A DNA stretch of 64,000 nt from Setoptus koraiensis (GCA_048013815.1 CM106586.1:17360001-17424000); one strand, 5' to 3'; shown: positions 8,240 to 21,632, counted from the stretch's first letter. Notes: generated by a model not told the origin, from the sequence alone. Numbers and translations are program-made.

Positions 8240-10885
8240 ACGGATTTCGGCAACAATAGTGAGTTTGTTTTGTTGCAGATTGAGAGTTGTGAAGAATGTC
8301 GCGATGAGATCCAATGCAAGCAATTCACGAGAGGGATAATGAGCGATATTTGTGATAGGTGACAGGTGATCTGTCAACGAGACACTGCCAGGTGACAAAA
8401 TGGGCAGATCGATCAGAGAGCGACTGAATGCGACTGGAATAGGCATGAAGAGAGTTCAATGAATCATCATGGACGCATCCGGTTCATAGATGCGAACCGC
8501 TGCAAATGAGTGATATATCCTTCAAGCAGAAGCGACTTAAGCTTTCAATGGACGCTGGTTGTCCAGTCGTCAAAGACATGGCAGGACATCGCTCCTGTTG
8601 TGACAACAGTTTGCTCAATAAATACAACGAAAACCGATCGATGACACGCATCATCAAACTGGCATCCATTCGTGCACTCGATGGTGTCCGACACGACGTA
8701 TAGAAATGATATTTTTAGCTTAGTTGCTCACTAGCCACGGCAGCAGCAGCAGCAGCAGCAGTGGTATAAAAGTTTTTATGAAAGTGACATAACAGTTGTA
8801 TTGAGATTATATGAAAGTGAACGGTGGCGATGAGACAAATGAAACAAGTGAACATCATATTGTTGTCATATGATCCTTAATTGCTAATGGCGATGAGAAA
8901 TTGACATTTCTCTATTGACATTTCTCTGTTGACATTTCCAATGACTTTAGAGTAAGGCTGTTGACCGCCGCCGTCAACGTAAGCGCCACCGCCGCCACTA
9001 ATCGCCAATGGCTACGACACAAGACAATATTGATCACCAAAGCGCCTATCATCGATCACCAGCCAGCCAGTGAGGTGGTGCCAAAGTCACACACACACAC
9101 ACACACACACACACAAGCCTTGTGTGATTCTCTCACCCTCATTTGCATGACAGGTGCTGACACCTTTAATTAATGATTAATTATTATGCTGGCCGTAAGT
9201 GATAATTAGGCGAGGGCAAACAATTAAATAAACAAAGGCCAGAAACAATGCGCGATTGTTTCAGTTTGGAGCGGCTTTTGGGGAACATTGATGGCCAACT
9301 CGCGATTGTCACCAAATGTGTGATGTGCCAGCGATTGCAATTCATCGCCAATGTGCCATGGTGACAAAGGTGAAGTTTAAAAGGCAACAAGTCAAGTGAA
9401 AACTTGCCTCGCTGACCGCTCGACCTAGCTGGCGAGCCAAGCTAGCCGGCCATCGGTCGCTGCGACTGTTTGTCCGTTTGTTTGTTTGTTTGTTTGTTCA
9501 TGTCAAATGTTGGCGGCGGCGGCGGCATGATGTTGTCGGGATTTGCTGAATTGGAGTTTCAATGAAATATTATAAATATATCATGTGACTCAAAAGTTTT
9601 GAGAGACCGAAACGGCGAGCGGCCCAACGAGATGCCCAACGATAAACTCTGAGAAACTGCGAGAACTTGAACTTGCCATTGTGGCTGGTTGGGCCTTGCG
9701 ACTGGTCGGGCCTTGCGACTGGTTGGGCCTTGCGACAGAAACAAGTTTGCAATCGTGATCATTTGATTAATACGATTGGCGGTCACGATCGCATTGAGCG
9801 TTGGCTTGTTGGCCACAGCGAGCGACAATTGAGAACGAAGCTCGAAAGTTGTTGCAAGTTTGTTGCCAGTTTGCAACAAAACAAACAACAAGCAGCAACG
9901 GGCCGGCAAGCTGAAATTGCGTAAGTCGTGTCGCGCCGGGGAGGTCATGCACTCATAACGTAGCGTTACTCTCACTAATGCGATTTGTAGAGTAAAGCGA
10001 TGATGATGATGAGCACATCAGTGCTGTCAATTGATGCCATTCAATAACGCCGCGACAAGCCGCCGAACAACAATTAGATCAATCTGGCCGGATTACGGGA
10101 CGCTGCAGACACCGCTGACCGTAGCGAGCGGCCGGCCGGCCCGGTGTCGGCGCCGTCTTGTCGCGACCCGACCGCTGTAAGCTTATAACTTTCAAGTTGT
10201 AAGGCTCACAAAGAGCGTCTCGGCCGACTCGAATCAACGTTCGTGTTGCTATACATAGACCGCTGCAACGTTGATCCAATGCGATCGTGTCGCAACTTGT
10301 GAGCGAGACACAATGGCCAGCAATTCATTTATCACTTTTTGCCCAATCGCGTCTGTCATTTGTCACGCCCGAAAAATAGCCATTCGGCCGTTTCTCGGCC
10401 ATTTGGCCGTCTCTCCACTATTCGGCCGTTTTCGGCCACTCGCTCGCCCGCTCAGGCCACTCGTCGGCCCAGCAAGCGCTGGCTCGGCTCCAGGGGCCAC
10501 TCCAGAGACCGACCCCTAGTGGCCGGGGCGAGACACACAAGAGACGCGTTGGCCGGCCGTCGGCAACGCGATGAGCAAGGCCAACATGAATCGTGTGTTA
10601 CATGATCGCGAAAATATCCATATTCACTCGTGAATACGACACCGAGATTATGTAATGTTCACGCCGGACGCTCCCGTGCATTGTGCAACATTTCAATTTG
10701 ATCATTTCGCAGCATCAACTTCATCATTTGCGCAGCATCAATCTCGAATTGATTACAACTGGTGCTTTATTGGCTCATGGTCATTTGCGCCCTCTGTCGG
10801 GGCCGATCCGTCGGGCGCGTGGGCGGCGTTTCATCGGTGAAAGCGTCGAAGCGCCGGGCGCGTCCGGTCCGTCCAAGCGCCGGGC

Positions 10886-12259
10886 CTATCGGGCCTGCGC
10901 GGGCGTCCCGAAGAGGGTGGCCTGGGTCTGGGCCTGGACCTGCTTGTCGGAGTCGAGCAGCAGCGGGCTGCCCAGGTCGGCCTGCAGCGCCTTCAGGTAC
11001 TGCTCGAAGTCGGTTTGGATGACGCTGGCGGTCTTTTTCTTGCCGTCGCTGGTGAACTTGCCGTGATACAACTGATTGGCCGTCTCCACGGTGTTTCTCA
11101 GTAGGCCGCCCCGGGTGCCCATGGTCACCATCCAGGCTTTGTCGCGCGCAAAATCACCAATTTCCGTTATGGGGGCCACATAGGTATAGTAGCGGTGTCT
11201 GTGTTTGGCCTGGCGAACATCTCTCAGTATTTTCGCTGCCATTTTCACCGTGTCACCGCTAGTGGAGTCGGCCACCTTGTTTACCTGAACCATGGAAAAT
11301 ATCTGACAGAACGATGTCACTGCCAGCCATTTGTGCATGGAGGCGCTGGCGTCGTGATGCTCGTCCACTTGGCCCATGTCAAACACAACGCCCAATTGCT
11401 GTAGCCGAGCCAACGACATTATGTTGGCCAGATAAAATTGTTCCAAATTCCTGCACGAATCTATTATCTGGCTCAAATACTCGTAAGCCTGGCTGCTCAC
11501 CTCGTACTCTTGCACGACGTCCTCCTGGCCGGGGCCTGGCACAGCCACCAGATTGCTGGGGCCCTCGACGATCAGATCCATGTGCTCTATGCGGCGCAGG
11601 CCGGGTATTAGTGCGCTCAGTTTGTTGACGACGCCGCTGCGCCCATTGGTGGATTTGCCAAATTTCATCGCCTTTCTGGTGTGTTCCTTCATGAGCTCTT
11701 GCCAGCCCAGCGGGGTGGACAAAACGCGCACAAAGTCCAATGGATTCACCAATTCGTCGGCCTGTTCGAGATGGGCCAACAAGTGGCGCTTGCACTGATA
11801 GGCCAACTCTACGGCGTACAATGTGAAGAAATCGTTTATAATGGATCGCTTGCCGTGCGTTATGGGATTCGCCTTGAAATCAACAATCCAAAACTGTGCC
11901 AAATCCATTAGCAATTCAACATTGTCCGGCTTGCAGGGCCTGTCGCGTTCTTGCATCACCTTGGCCAGGCCCAAAATGGCCTCTCGTTCCACTATGCAGC
12001 GTTTAGTTAGCTGGTTGGTGGTGTCGTCGCCGTTGCCGCTGGACATGAGCTCCTTCACCAGATTGTCTCTGGCAAGAAATTCGTTGTAGTGCGTTAGAAA
12101 TTGTTCGAATTCGCTTATATGCTTAAACTTGAGCCTGTTGTTACAAGCGGAAACGATTGTGTCTCGGAGCTGTTCGTCGTTGATTAATGAGCCTGCATTG
12201 GCCAACGAGAGCAGCGAGCCCAGCGCGAGCACCACGCCGATAATAGCGATAGAACGCAT
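10886..12259 (-). CDS. Secreted hypothetical protein, 457 aa, signal peptide, 6 Cys, intronless
   Basis: Seen: ATG plus a typical signal peptide (MRSIAIIGVVLALGSLLSLANA|G), a complex non-repetitive sequence inside otherwise repetitive DNA, and an AT-rich upstream region with TATAAA at 12317-12312 on the minus strand. No family recognised. Confidence 0.85.
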   Translation of the reverse strand: MRSIAIIGVVLALGSLLSLANAGSLINDEQLRDTIVSACNNRLKFKHISEFEQFLTHYNEFLARDNLVKELMSSGNGDDTTNQLTKRCIVEREAILGLAKVMQERDRPCKPDNVELLMDLAQFWIVDFKANPITHGKRSIINDFFTLYAVELAYQCKRHLLAHLEQADELVNPLDFVRVLSTPLGWQELMKEHTRKAMKFGKSTNGRSGVVNKLSALIPGLRRIEHMDLIVEGPSNLVAVPGPGQEDVVQEYEVSSQAYEYLSQIIDSCRNLEQFYLANIMSLARLQQLGVVFDMGQVDEHHDASASMHKWLAVTSFCQIFSMVQVNKVADSTSGDTVKMAAKILRDVRQAKHRHRYYTYVAPITEIGDFARDKAWMVTMGTRGGLLRNTVETANQLYHGKFTSDGKKKTASVIQTDFEQYLKALQADLGSPLLLDSDKQVQAQTQATLFGTPAQAR

Positions 12260-13332
12260 GATTCTTCACTGTGCGCAATACGTAAATAATAACGATAATT
12301 ATAAATTGATATTTATAACGGATATTACCGGATTAAATTACCGATGATATGTTGTAGAAGAATTGGGTTTGAACTGGCAAACGGGTGTGTTGAAACGAAC
12401 GTCAGGCTCGGCGTAGCAGTCGGATATCGTGTGCAATATGTGTGCTGCGCAGCGATAGACAAGAATTTCAGCCCAAAATACCAACCATTTCTATTATTAG
12501 CCATCGTTGGCGCTCAACTTGGCACTTGCCCCAGCGCCATTTATTTATATCCGTCAGCCCGTATATCCAGCAAATGTGGGCCGCATTTACGTTTATATTT
12601 GTCAGTATGTGATATGAGTGTATGTGATGACAAATATACAGATGATATGCGCATGATATCATATGCACGATGTCGGGCTGGTCGAGAAGTATTTTTAACA
12701 TTCGTGTCGGTCATTCGGCGCGGCTTCGGCGCGGCTTGGGCGCGCTGGCGGTGGCGCCAACTGCACAGGCAGCGCTCACATGTTGTGAGTCACAAGCACT
12801 GTCAATTGCCAGTAGGAACTAATTACGGCTGACCGTTTCGACACTGAAACAAAAAACGCTTTTGTCCCGAATCGCGACCGTCCAACTTTCGAATGTGTCA
12901 ATTGGCGGACAAACGCAGCTTGCCGACGAGGCGCGCGAGCCAGCGAGGCAAAAAGTTGCACTCTTGCCTTCTGAGTCGAATATCGTTTCGAAATTCGGAC
13001 GCCGTTTCGAAATTCGAACGCCGCTTCGGACGCCGCTTCGGACGCCGTCTCGAATGTCGCGTCAAGTGGCGAAAAGGCGACCAAAGTCGGCCCGAAACGG
13101 CCAAAAACGGTGGCGATAATGGCGCCGATGCAAAAAGAGCCACAAGTGGACACGTGGGCGCCAATTATGTCATCATCGTAATTATGTCATGTGTTGTTGA
13201 CCCAGGGCCAGCACTTTGCCAGCATCATATCAGGCGTCACGAAGCATGCCGCTGACCGGCAACCGAAGCCAACTGGCCAAGTGGTTGTTGGCTAACGAGT
13301 GGCGAGTGGCGAGTGGCGCCGCCAACAAACTG

Positions 13333-13394
13333 CTCAATTTGTGAATCACAAATTGAGATTTGTGATTCACAAATTGAGACTTGTGAATCACAAA
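13333..13394. repeat. Three 21-nt-spaced copies of the palindrome TTGTGA(A/T)TCACAA; the first extends to a perfect 25-nt palindrome
   Basis: Seen: CTCAATTTGTGA-A-TCACAAATTGAG at 13333-13357, ATTTGTGA-T-TCACAAAT at 13358-13374, TTGTGA-A-TCACAA at 13381-13393. Confidence 0.85.
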
Positions 13395-14930
13395 AATGTG
13401 TGATAAATGGAAAAAGTTTCACTTTGTGCCGCTCTGACGCAACTAACTTTTCAAGCTTTTTTTCCTTGTTTTTGCATGCGCTCTCTCGCCATGTTGCATA
13501 CATGGCGAGATTTATGGTTATGACACGCGCCTTTGTTATTGGTCAGTTTGCAATGGTAATTGTTGCCAAACTGACCAATAACAAATCACTATCTCTGGCC
13601 AGTCGTATGAAACTTAAAATGCATTTATGTTGAGTGCGTCTATCAGTCTATTATCGGTACATTGGGCTGTGTGCAATGTGGGCTCGGACAGGTGAACAAG
13701 TGCTATCGTTATATTCAACAAGTGCTGGCTCATTCTCATTTGGCCGCTGTTCGTGATTTAGCCCTGATTCCGAATCAGTGATTCGTCTGCTATAGCTACA
13801 GCTTCATACGTATCATTCATAGCACAGTTCATCGTATTCATATAGCACAGTTTACCTGTGGTCGTTGAGGCGTCGTTAGCATTTAGCTGACAGTGCGTTT
13901 AGAATTCAGTGGCATCCAGTGCCAACAGTAGTGGACAGCAGCAGCAACAGCAGCAGCAATTACACTTGACTTGACGCTGTTTGTGTGCGCCGCGGCTGAC
14001 CGTTACGCAAGCCAGTTGCATAACGGTCAGCCGAGTCAGTGCCAAGAGTTTTTGCACTGCCTAATTTGGCCACTGCGCGCGGTCATTGTTCTTGTTGAGA
14101 ATGGTCTGCACTCAAAATACTCTCTTCTTCTGCCATACAGCATGTGGCAGCAGTAGCGCTATTTAGACAGGGCACAGCATTACATAATAGATGTGTTATG
14201 CATTGTATGACATATGTATGTATGCATATGCAGCATTATGCAGCATGTATTAGGCAACATGCGTTGTGCGATATGTGGGCCAAGTCGGCCGATATCGGCT
14301 GGCTCATTAGCCGATGGCTCATTAGCGCCAACCTTGATTGGTCATTCCGAATGACTCATTCGGACGATGGCCGAATCGGTGCAAGGCCGGCAGTTTGCGG
14401 GGACGCGACAGCGTGCAAATGTGTCCACTGTGTGCCAGTGCAGCCATGCGAATATCCTCAAACGCGAGAATATCCTCAAGCGCAAAAATATGCTGAAAGG
14501 CGAAAATATCCTCAGCAACAACGACATTTTGTCAGCAACAAAATCTCGGCCGCGTTTAGTGCTGCGCCCGGCCACGCCACACCGAGCGAGCGATCTATTT
14601 CGGAACGTATGCACGGGTCTTTGAAATCACCACCGAGTCCGATGCTGACCGCCAGACTGCCGATCTGTCCGCAGTGGCGCGATAATTGTCAAAGTCGGCT
14701 TAATGGAGCTATTCATTCATTTTGGTACGGCCGGTCGGTTTGTCGAAAAGCGTGGTTGCTTGTGGAAATAGACAACTGACAATAATTGTGTAATTGTAGC
14801 GGCAACAAGTGTTATTTTGCATTCTGTCGCTGCTGTTTCCACACACTGGCCGCGCTGCTTGTGCAAACTCATCAGGCTCAATTTTCTCACCGGCGGCGCC
14901 GATTTGGGCTTCGGCTCGGCCAGTCAGCCG

Positions 14931-15079
14931 AAGCTCCGCGACGCACCGCGACGCACCGCGACAGGCCGCGATACACCGCGATACCGAGACACTGCGATGC
15001 CGAGACACCGAGACACCGAGACACCGAGACACCGAGACACCGAGACACCGAGACACCGAGACACCGAGACACCGAGACA
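14931..15079. repeat. Compound minisatellite: degenerate 10-mer (ACGCACCGCG) grading into (CCGAGACA)10
   Basis: Seen directly. The 8-mer array spans 15000-15079. Confidence 0.9.
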
Positions 15080-15732
15080 CTTAGAGACGCTGAAACACTT
15101 GGATTATCCAAGTTGGATACCGAGGGAGAGAGACAGCGAAAAAAACGAGACTCTCGCTGCTTATCTGAGAGCCGCGCGGATTGGCGCTTGTTTAAAATAA
15201 CGACACATTGTAACTGGCAGCCAACGAGATATGGCCGCCGGAGAGGCAGCAGCCGGCGCTGGTTTGTATCGACGAGGAAAATACACGCCGAGATAATGTG
15301 TGAGACATTTTGCCAAACTGAGGTTCTTTGTTTTGAGCGCGGCCGTCGACAGCCGCCGCCGTTTCTCGTTGGCCGCCGTTTCTCGTTGGCCGCCGCTGTT
15401 TCTCGTTGACTTGGCCTGTCGCAATTGTCAGCAAACAATTTTAGCAATGCGACAACATTTATCTGACGCAACCGATCTATTCTGGAATGGAGCTGGCCCA
15501 CAGTGGCGGCGCATTGCATCATTTGCATCATCTCCGCAGCGCTGCGGACCAAAGTGGCCGCTGTCGTCGTCGTCGTCGTCGTCGTCGGCAGCCGCAATCA
15601 ATACTTATGACAATGACGACGCAACAGCCACGCCAACAGCGACAGTCAGCAGCGGCAACAACCAAAAAACAGTGATAGTTGGCTGGCTGCTTGGCTGGCT
15701 GTTTTTTGTTGATTTAATTTCTGCTTCTTTCT

Positions 15733-15848
15733 GTTCGCTGTCACTTGTTGCTTCGCTGTCGCTTGTTGCTGCTTCGCTGTCACTTGCTGCTTCGCTGTCA
15801 CTTGCTGGCTCGCTGTCGCTTGTTGCTGCTTCGCTGTCACTCGTTGCC
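15733..15848. repeat. Minisatellite, 18/21-nt unit (GCTTCGCTGTCACTTGTT), about 6-7 copies
   Basis: Seen directly. It explains the SDSEAA/SLSLVAA shadow ORFs. Confidence 0.85.
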
Positions 15849-17194
15849 TCGGCGACGGCGCTTACCGTCGCCGTTAAAAATGGCTCCGTCCAAGTCAAAC
15901 CGCAACTATCACAGGTGCTTAGGGCATCCTTGCAGCGTTGACACTTTCTCCTCGGCTCGCTCACACGACAAACAATATCTGTGCGACTTTGTGTGTCGCC
16001 GAGTCGCGCCGCCGACTGCTGCCGTCGGACTGCATCGCCGACCCGCTGCCGGCCCGCCGACGGCCAGAGCGGCGGCGGCGTTCGGGCCGGCTGGCCCGCC
16101 GGCGTCCCTCGAATCGCTCGAATCGCCGGCTTCCCTCGAATCGCTCGAATCGCCGGCTTTTATCGAATCGCCCGGTGCCCGATCGGGAATTATCGGCTCG
16201 TTTGTCGGCGATGCGCCAGGCGGCTCGCATGTATATCATTATACACAGCAGCAGGCAACCATTAATCATCGCAGCGAGGCAGCGAGCGATTGTTGTTGGC
16301 CGATCAGATCGCCTGGCGCGCCCCGTTGCCCATTAGCGTCACTTAGGCGCCGTCGCATCGGCTGCCAGGCCGGCCGACGCATGAGAGTGTCGCCAAGCGC
16401 CGCTCACCTGTCGCGCACCGTCCATCAGTGGCAATTTGGATAATGGCGCCAGCCGCAACAATGTGCGATACCGTTACTTGGCGACTTTGCGATGCATTGC
16501 GGCACACACAGTTCACCGCTTACATTTGACTCAAATGATTTGAGGCAATAATGTTACGCATACGGCGACAACATTGCGTATACGGCAACAACAATGTTAC
16601 GTATGCGGCTCACAATCAGTATATATCGGTATATATAGCACGGCGGCGGGTGCCAAAAAACGGTAATGGTCTGGCTGGCGAGTTGCGCCAAGATAATGTG
16701 CATTTGTCAGTTGGCCGGTTGTCGCAAAAACAACCCTCTTCCTCGTTATTATTGTCGCTGTTGTTATTATTATCATTGTTGTCGTTTCGTGCTCACTCAC
16801 TCACTTTTTTCTGCCTCGACAAACATGCTCGCTCGACGTTGCCCACTCACCTGTCGCCGTGAGTCGCTTACAGCGTAAGAAGAAACGAGAATAAAATCGA
16901 AGAAGCCACCCATTGCTGGCGAGCTCGTTTACGCTGCCGTTTCGACGTTAATGATCATGATTGTTTTTCACTCGGCTGCCAATCTGGCGCCGAACACACA
17001 CACACACACTGCGCCGCGCCGCGGTGTCCATATGTCACACACACACTTCCTAGATACGGATAGTAGAAAGTCAGCGCCAATCTCTGGCATGTTGATATTA
17101 TTACATATTACGCACATTATATATTGTGTATGAGCTTGCGTAATGATCTCTCTCTGGTTACGCTTAAATTATCGCCAGATCGGTGATGCGCCCC

Positions 17195-17339
17195 GCAACG
17201 GCAACAACAGCGACAGCAACGCCGACAACAGCGACAACAGCGACAACAGCGACAACAGCGACAACAACGACAACAGCGACAGCAACAACGCCAACAACGA
17301 CAACAACGACAACAACGACAGCCGCAACAAGAGCAACAG
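17195..17339. repeat. CAA/CAG/CGA trinucleotide-derived repeat (CGACAACAG)n
   Basis: Seen directly. Confidence 0.85.
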
Positions 17340-17798
17340 GTGAGCCGAGCGCATAAAAAGCGGCCGAAGACAGGCGCTGTCGGCGCACTTGGAATGCTTC
17401 GCGATTCGCCTATTGCCAATTCTATTTCCTTCTTTCGCCTCTTTCGCTTCTTTCGCTTCGTTCGCTTCTTTCGCCTATTTCGCTTCCAGCGCCGTCAGCG
17501 CCGTCAGCGGTGGGTGTAATTTTTTGCTGGCTGTCGCTATTCTGACGCTGTTGCCGTCCTGTTGGCCCTGTCGGCTTGGCTCGGTCGCCCAGACGCCGGC
17601 TCGCAGCGGCACATCCAATCTAATCGGCTGTTTTGATTTTGATTTTGTGACAACGAACGCACTCGAAAAGAAGACTCGCCATTACGCAACTATTAATTGT
17701 TGCATGGGTGCATCGCAGCACACAACCAACAAGCAACAAGCAACAAGCAACTGGCAACTGGCAACCGCGATCGGATGCTCACCCGATGCTCCGACCAG

Positions 17799-17915
17799 CT
17801 GACACAAGCAGCTGACACAAGCGACTGTCACAAGCGACTGACACAAGCAGCTGACACAAGCAGCTGACACAGGTAACTGACATAAGCAGCTGACATATGC
17901 AGCTGATATGCTGCA
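17799..17915. repeat. 13-nt minisatellite (CTGACACAAGCAG), 8 copies plus a partial one, with CAGCTG at unit junctions
   Basis: Seen directly. Copies decay toward the 3' end. Confidence 0.9.
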
Positions 17916-18859
17916 GACAATTAATGTGCGCTTGACTCACCTGTTGGCGTCGCTGTTGTTGTCGTTGTTGTTGTCGCTGTTGCTGTCGTTGCTGTTGTTG
18001 CTGTTGCTGTTGTTGTCGTTGTTGGTGTTGTTGTTGTTGGCCGGAGCCCACCAGCGGAGCTAATCAGACTGTGAGTGACAAGTGACAAGACGGTTCGGGG
18101 TGGCCTATTGTGTTCGAGCGAACACAGGGATCGCTTGCTCGCAATCAGCTGTTACAGCCAGATAAGACTCTCATTGTAGGAGCTGGCCGCGGCGACGCCA
18201 GCGATTAAATCGCCTGTTTAGACTGCCGTTTGGGCCGTTTGCCGTTCGCTAAAAAGACCAATTTTGGGCCAATTTTGTCGTTGTTGTCGCCGACGTTGCT
18301 GCCCACTGTGATGCGGATGCTGACTCGCTCTGATTGCAACCTGTGTGTACCTCCGCTCCAACGTTGCCGACCACTGTTGCACAGTGTCCAACAGTACAGC
18401 GTCTAACACACAGATAATGAGACACAGGTGAGTCGCTTGCCGGCTAATTTGTTGGTGTGTGCCACTTTCGCTCAGCTGAGCGCTCGTCAAGACTGTCGCT
18501 TGCAATTGACAATTGTCAGTTGTCAGTTGTGTGTCATTGCCATGATCATCCTGCCGGCATCAAAGTGACATATGCTGCCGCAGTAGCGCGCATCTTGCCA
18601 TTATCAACAACCATTATCGTCATCTGTTTCACTTCCGCTCTGACGATGGGCCCGGTCTGCGCCGCTTGTGACAGCCGCTTGTGGCTTGTTACAAGTTGGC
18701 CTATTTGCACTGGCGCTGATTGTCATGCCAATTGCAGCAACAGGCGACAATTAACGAGCTGTAATAACGATACGACGCCAACAGCCAACAGCCAAGACGC
18801 CAAGACCAACGAATAACGATACGATACATAACGATAATGGCATATTGGCGACTGTCATT

Positions 18860-18994
18860 GTCAGCTGTTGGCTGTTGTGTAGTGTCGTCAGCTGTTTTGT
18901 GTTGTGTAGTGTCGTCAGCTGTTTTGTGTTGTGTAATGTCGTCAGCTGTTTTGTGTTGTGTAATGTCGTCAGCTGTTGTAGGTTGTGTAATGTC
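18860..18994. repeat. 27-nt minisatellite x5 (GTCAGCTGTTTTGTGTTGTGTA[G/A]TGTC)
   Basis: Seen directly. Units start at 18860, 18887, 18914, 18941 and 18968. Confidence 0.92.
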
Positions 18995-19931
18995 AGGCGT
19001 GCTGTAATGTCGGCGTGTCCGATTGCATTCGCATCAATCGATAACACACACACACACACGGGTGGTGGCAATAGGAAACTGTCATTATATTGACAGATGA
19101 ATCGGCTGTTTCTCTACGTTTGTCATGAACGTCAGTGACTCGCTGGCCGGCGTAAATACAAATTTGGCCAGTAGACACAAAAGTGTGCTACTGCAAAAAC
19201 AGCTCACCGTCAGCTGTTTGTGCCCTGTGCAATGTGTCTCCCTGTCTTTAATCAAGTCAGCGACGTTTGTTGTCATTTGTTGACGTGCACACACACACGC
19301 ACACACACAATGGGCCTGACAAGCAGCTGTCTGGCGCATTGTTTTGTTGCTGGCAGTCAGCTGTTGTCGTCGTTGTCGCTGTCGCTGTCGTTGTTGTCTA
19401 ATCTAATCTAATGAATGATCCATGCCGAATGAACGATTCATTCCGACTGAATGGGCCAACGAAAGCGCTATTGTTGGCGCTTGTTTGCAATTCTCTTTAG
19501 GCGTGTGTGTGTGTGTGTCGTGTACCTGTCGTGTGTTGGCATGCCGATCGCAAGAATCTTGTAACAAGATTCCATGTTTCATGCCAAGGCGACGCCATAA
19601 GGCGACGGGGCCAGCGAAGCCCGAGAAGCGAGAGAAGCCAGCGAAGCCCGAGAAGCGAGCGACAGTTATTATTTGTGCCGGCTACCATCGATACTATGCG
19701 CAACAAATCGATAGGCTGTCGATCGAGCAGTAACATTATGTAACACACGATGGCAACAAGTGAAAAGTGAACGGCCAACAGCCAATGGCCAATGGCGAAA
19801 ATAAACAAACAAACTGGCTTTACATTTACCGAAATTCTTCTGTCCCCTGCAAACAATTGATTGAATCAATCGAATCGTGCCCATTCTTTGCCGTAATCAC
19901 CTACAACACATGCGCTCTGCTTTCATTTATT

Positions 19932-20006
19932 ATCAGCATTATTATTATTATCAGCATTATTATTATTATCAGCATTATTATTATTATTATCAGTATTATT
20001 ATTATT
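19932..20006. repeat. Compound repeat TCAGC(ATT)n x4
   Basis: Seen directly. Confidence 0.85.
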
Positions 20007-20966
20007 CGCCGCCACATCGGCCATGATAAATCCAGATAAAGAGCCCAGTTGGCCAATATTTCGCCGCTGTTTAAGCCAAACAGCGATATTACGCAACGTT
20101 GCGTCTTGTTTGTTGTTCGTGTGTCCACTCTTTGGCCTTTCGTTTGCAATCGAAAGCTCGCAATCGCAAGCCGCGATTGTGCACCCATCGAAGCCAACGG
20201 CAACAAGTTGCGTCACTTCCTAGCGCGCCCGTCCGTCAATCGCAAACGGAAACGAACGGCGCCAAAAGTCGCCGTCACCTGACTCATTTAGAATTCTGGA
20301 GTCAACATTGAAACATTGCTCCAATCGAACGCTCTGCTGTGAACGGTGCGACCTCCGCCGGCTCCAATCATTGGAGTCCAATGGCCGCACAAACTCGAAT
20401 CGCGGCCGGGGGGACAAAAGAGATTTTGTCAGCACACGATCGATCATGATTTTTCGCTGGATTTTGCGCTGGATTTGGCGCCACCGTCGAGCACCAAATG
20501 AGTTTGCGCCAAGCTAAACGGCCCAATGAGAAGCCGCAAGCCGCTAAATGGCGCCCTGTCCGGTGTGTTGCGGTGGCTGTTGACATGTTGTTGGGCGCAC
20601 TCCATGAAGCTCGCAATTTGGCAATTAAACTTGCCCATTTGACGATAGCCACGACACCGCTGTCTCGACTTGTCGACGGCCGACACGACATGGCAAACGT
20701 TTGAATGGTGGCGAGACATTGTTTGCTTTGTGTCGCCAAAATTGTTTGCTTTATTTCGCCAAAATCGTTCGGGCCGAATGGTGTGCATTGCCAATAACTT
20801 ATTGGCGACATTATGCGCTCAATTGGTGGCCGCTGCCGGATCCGCAATCACTGACGGTCACGAGAAATGAGTGGTGGTTGCGTCATGATTGCGACCGGAT
20901 TATGGCCTGCATTCACTCTGGTCGCATTGTCGCACAACCCTTGCCATGCTCGCGTCTCGCCACTGG

Positions 20967-21104
20967 GCCCCACAGCGAGACAAAGCCCCAGATCGAGACA
21001 AAGCCCCACAGCGAGACAAAGCCCCAGATCGAGACAAAGCCCCAGATCGAGACAAAGCCCCACAGCGAGACAAAGCCCCAGATCGAGACAAAGCCCCAGA
21101 TCGA
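20967..21104. repeat. 18-nt minisatellite x8 with two variants in the order A-B-A-B-B-A-B-B
   Basis: Seen: A=GCCCCACAGCGAGACAAA, B=GCCCCAGATCGAGACAAA. Confidence 0.92.
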
Positions 21105-21632
21105 GGACAGGGCTCCAGCGAAGCTCCGCCGAAGGTGCGGTAAGGTTTTGCTGGGCGGCAACGAGGCGGCCGGATAACGTCCGGTGATTTATACGCAGTC
21201 ACAATGTCATAGTGCGTCGCAGGAAATCCGGGCGCCAATTGTCGAGCGAATGGTCGAGCGAATGGTCGAGCGAATGGTCGAGCGAAAGTGGCCAGAAAGT
21301 GGACCGGTCAGGCTGAAAAGTGACTCGAGAGGCTTGGCTGGCTGCGGGCGAGTGTGTCTCACAAGGTTGCCGTCCGACGCTATGCCTCACAAAGTTGCTG
21401 TCAGACAAAGTATCTGTCACCTGTGCTGGCTAGGTGACAGCGCAAGTGAATGATGTTATCGTGCAATCAGATGGGCAGCATCAACCAGCCAAACAAACAA
21501 CAAACAAACAAAACCGAGCGACAGCTTGAGATGGACAGACGATTAGGTGAGCTCATTTGCGATGGGTTTTGTTCAGTTTTTTAGTGTTTTGCACAAGCTT
21601 GCCCACTGCCCGTCCGTCGCCGGCAACGTGAT

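Noticed and set aside
10886-12259. Horizontal transfer as the origin of the GC-rich intronless secreted gene
   Set aside because: Its GC level matches the surrounding host DNA and the Spaetzle prodomain, intronless genes are the norm here, and I recognise no microbial family.
17186-17339. ATG-initiated Thr/Ala-rich candidate exon ending at CAG|GTGAGC
   Set aside because: Its phase-1 donor does not match the phase-0 acceptor before the Spaetzle-like ORF, and the content is pure repeat. At most it is a non-coding exon.
20967-21104. Regularly spaced repeats that superficially resemble a CRISPR array
   Set aside because: The units are contiguous 18-mers with no unique spacers, there are no cas genes, and the context is eukaryotic.
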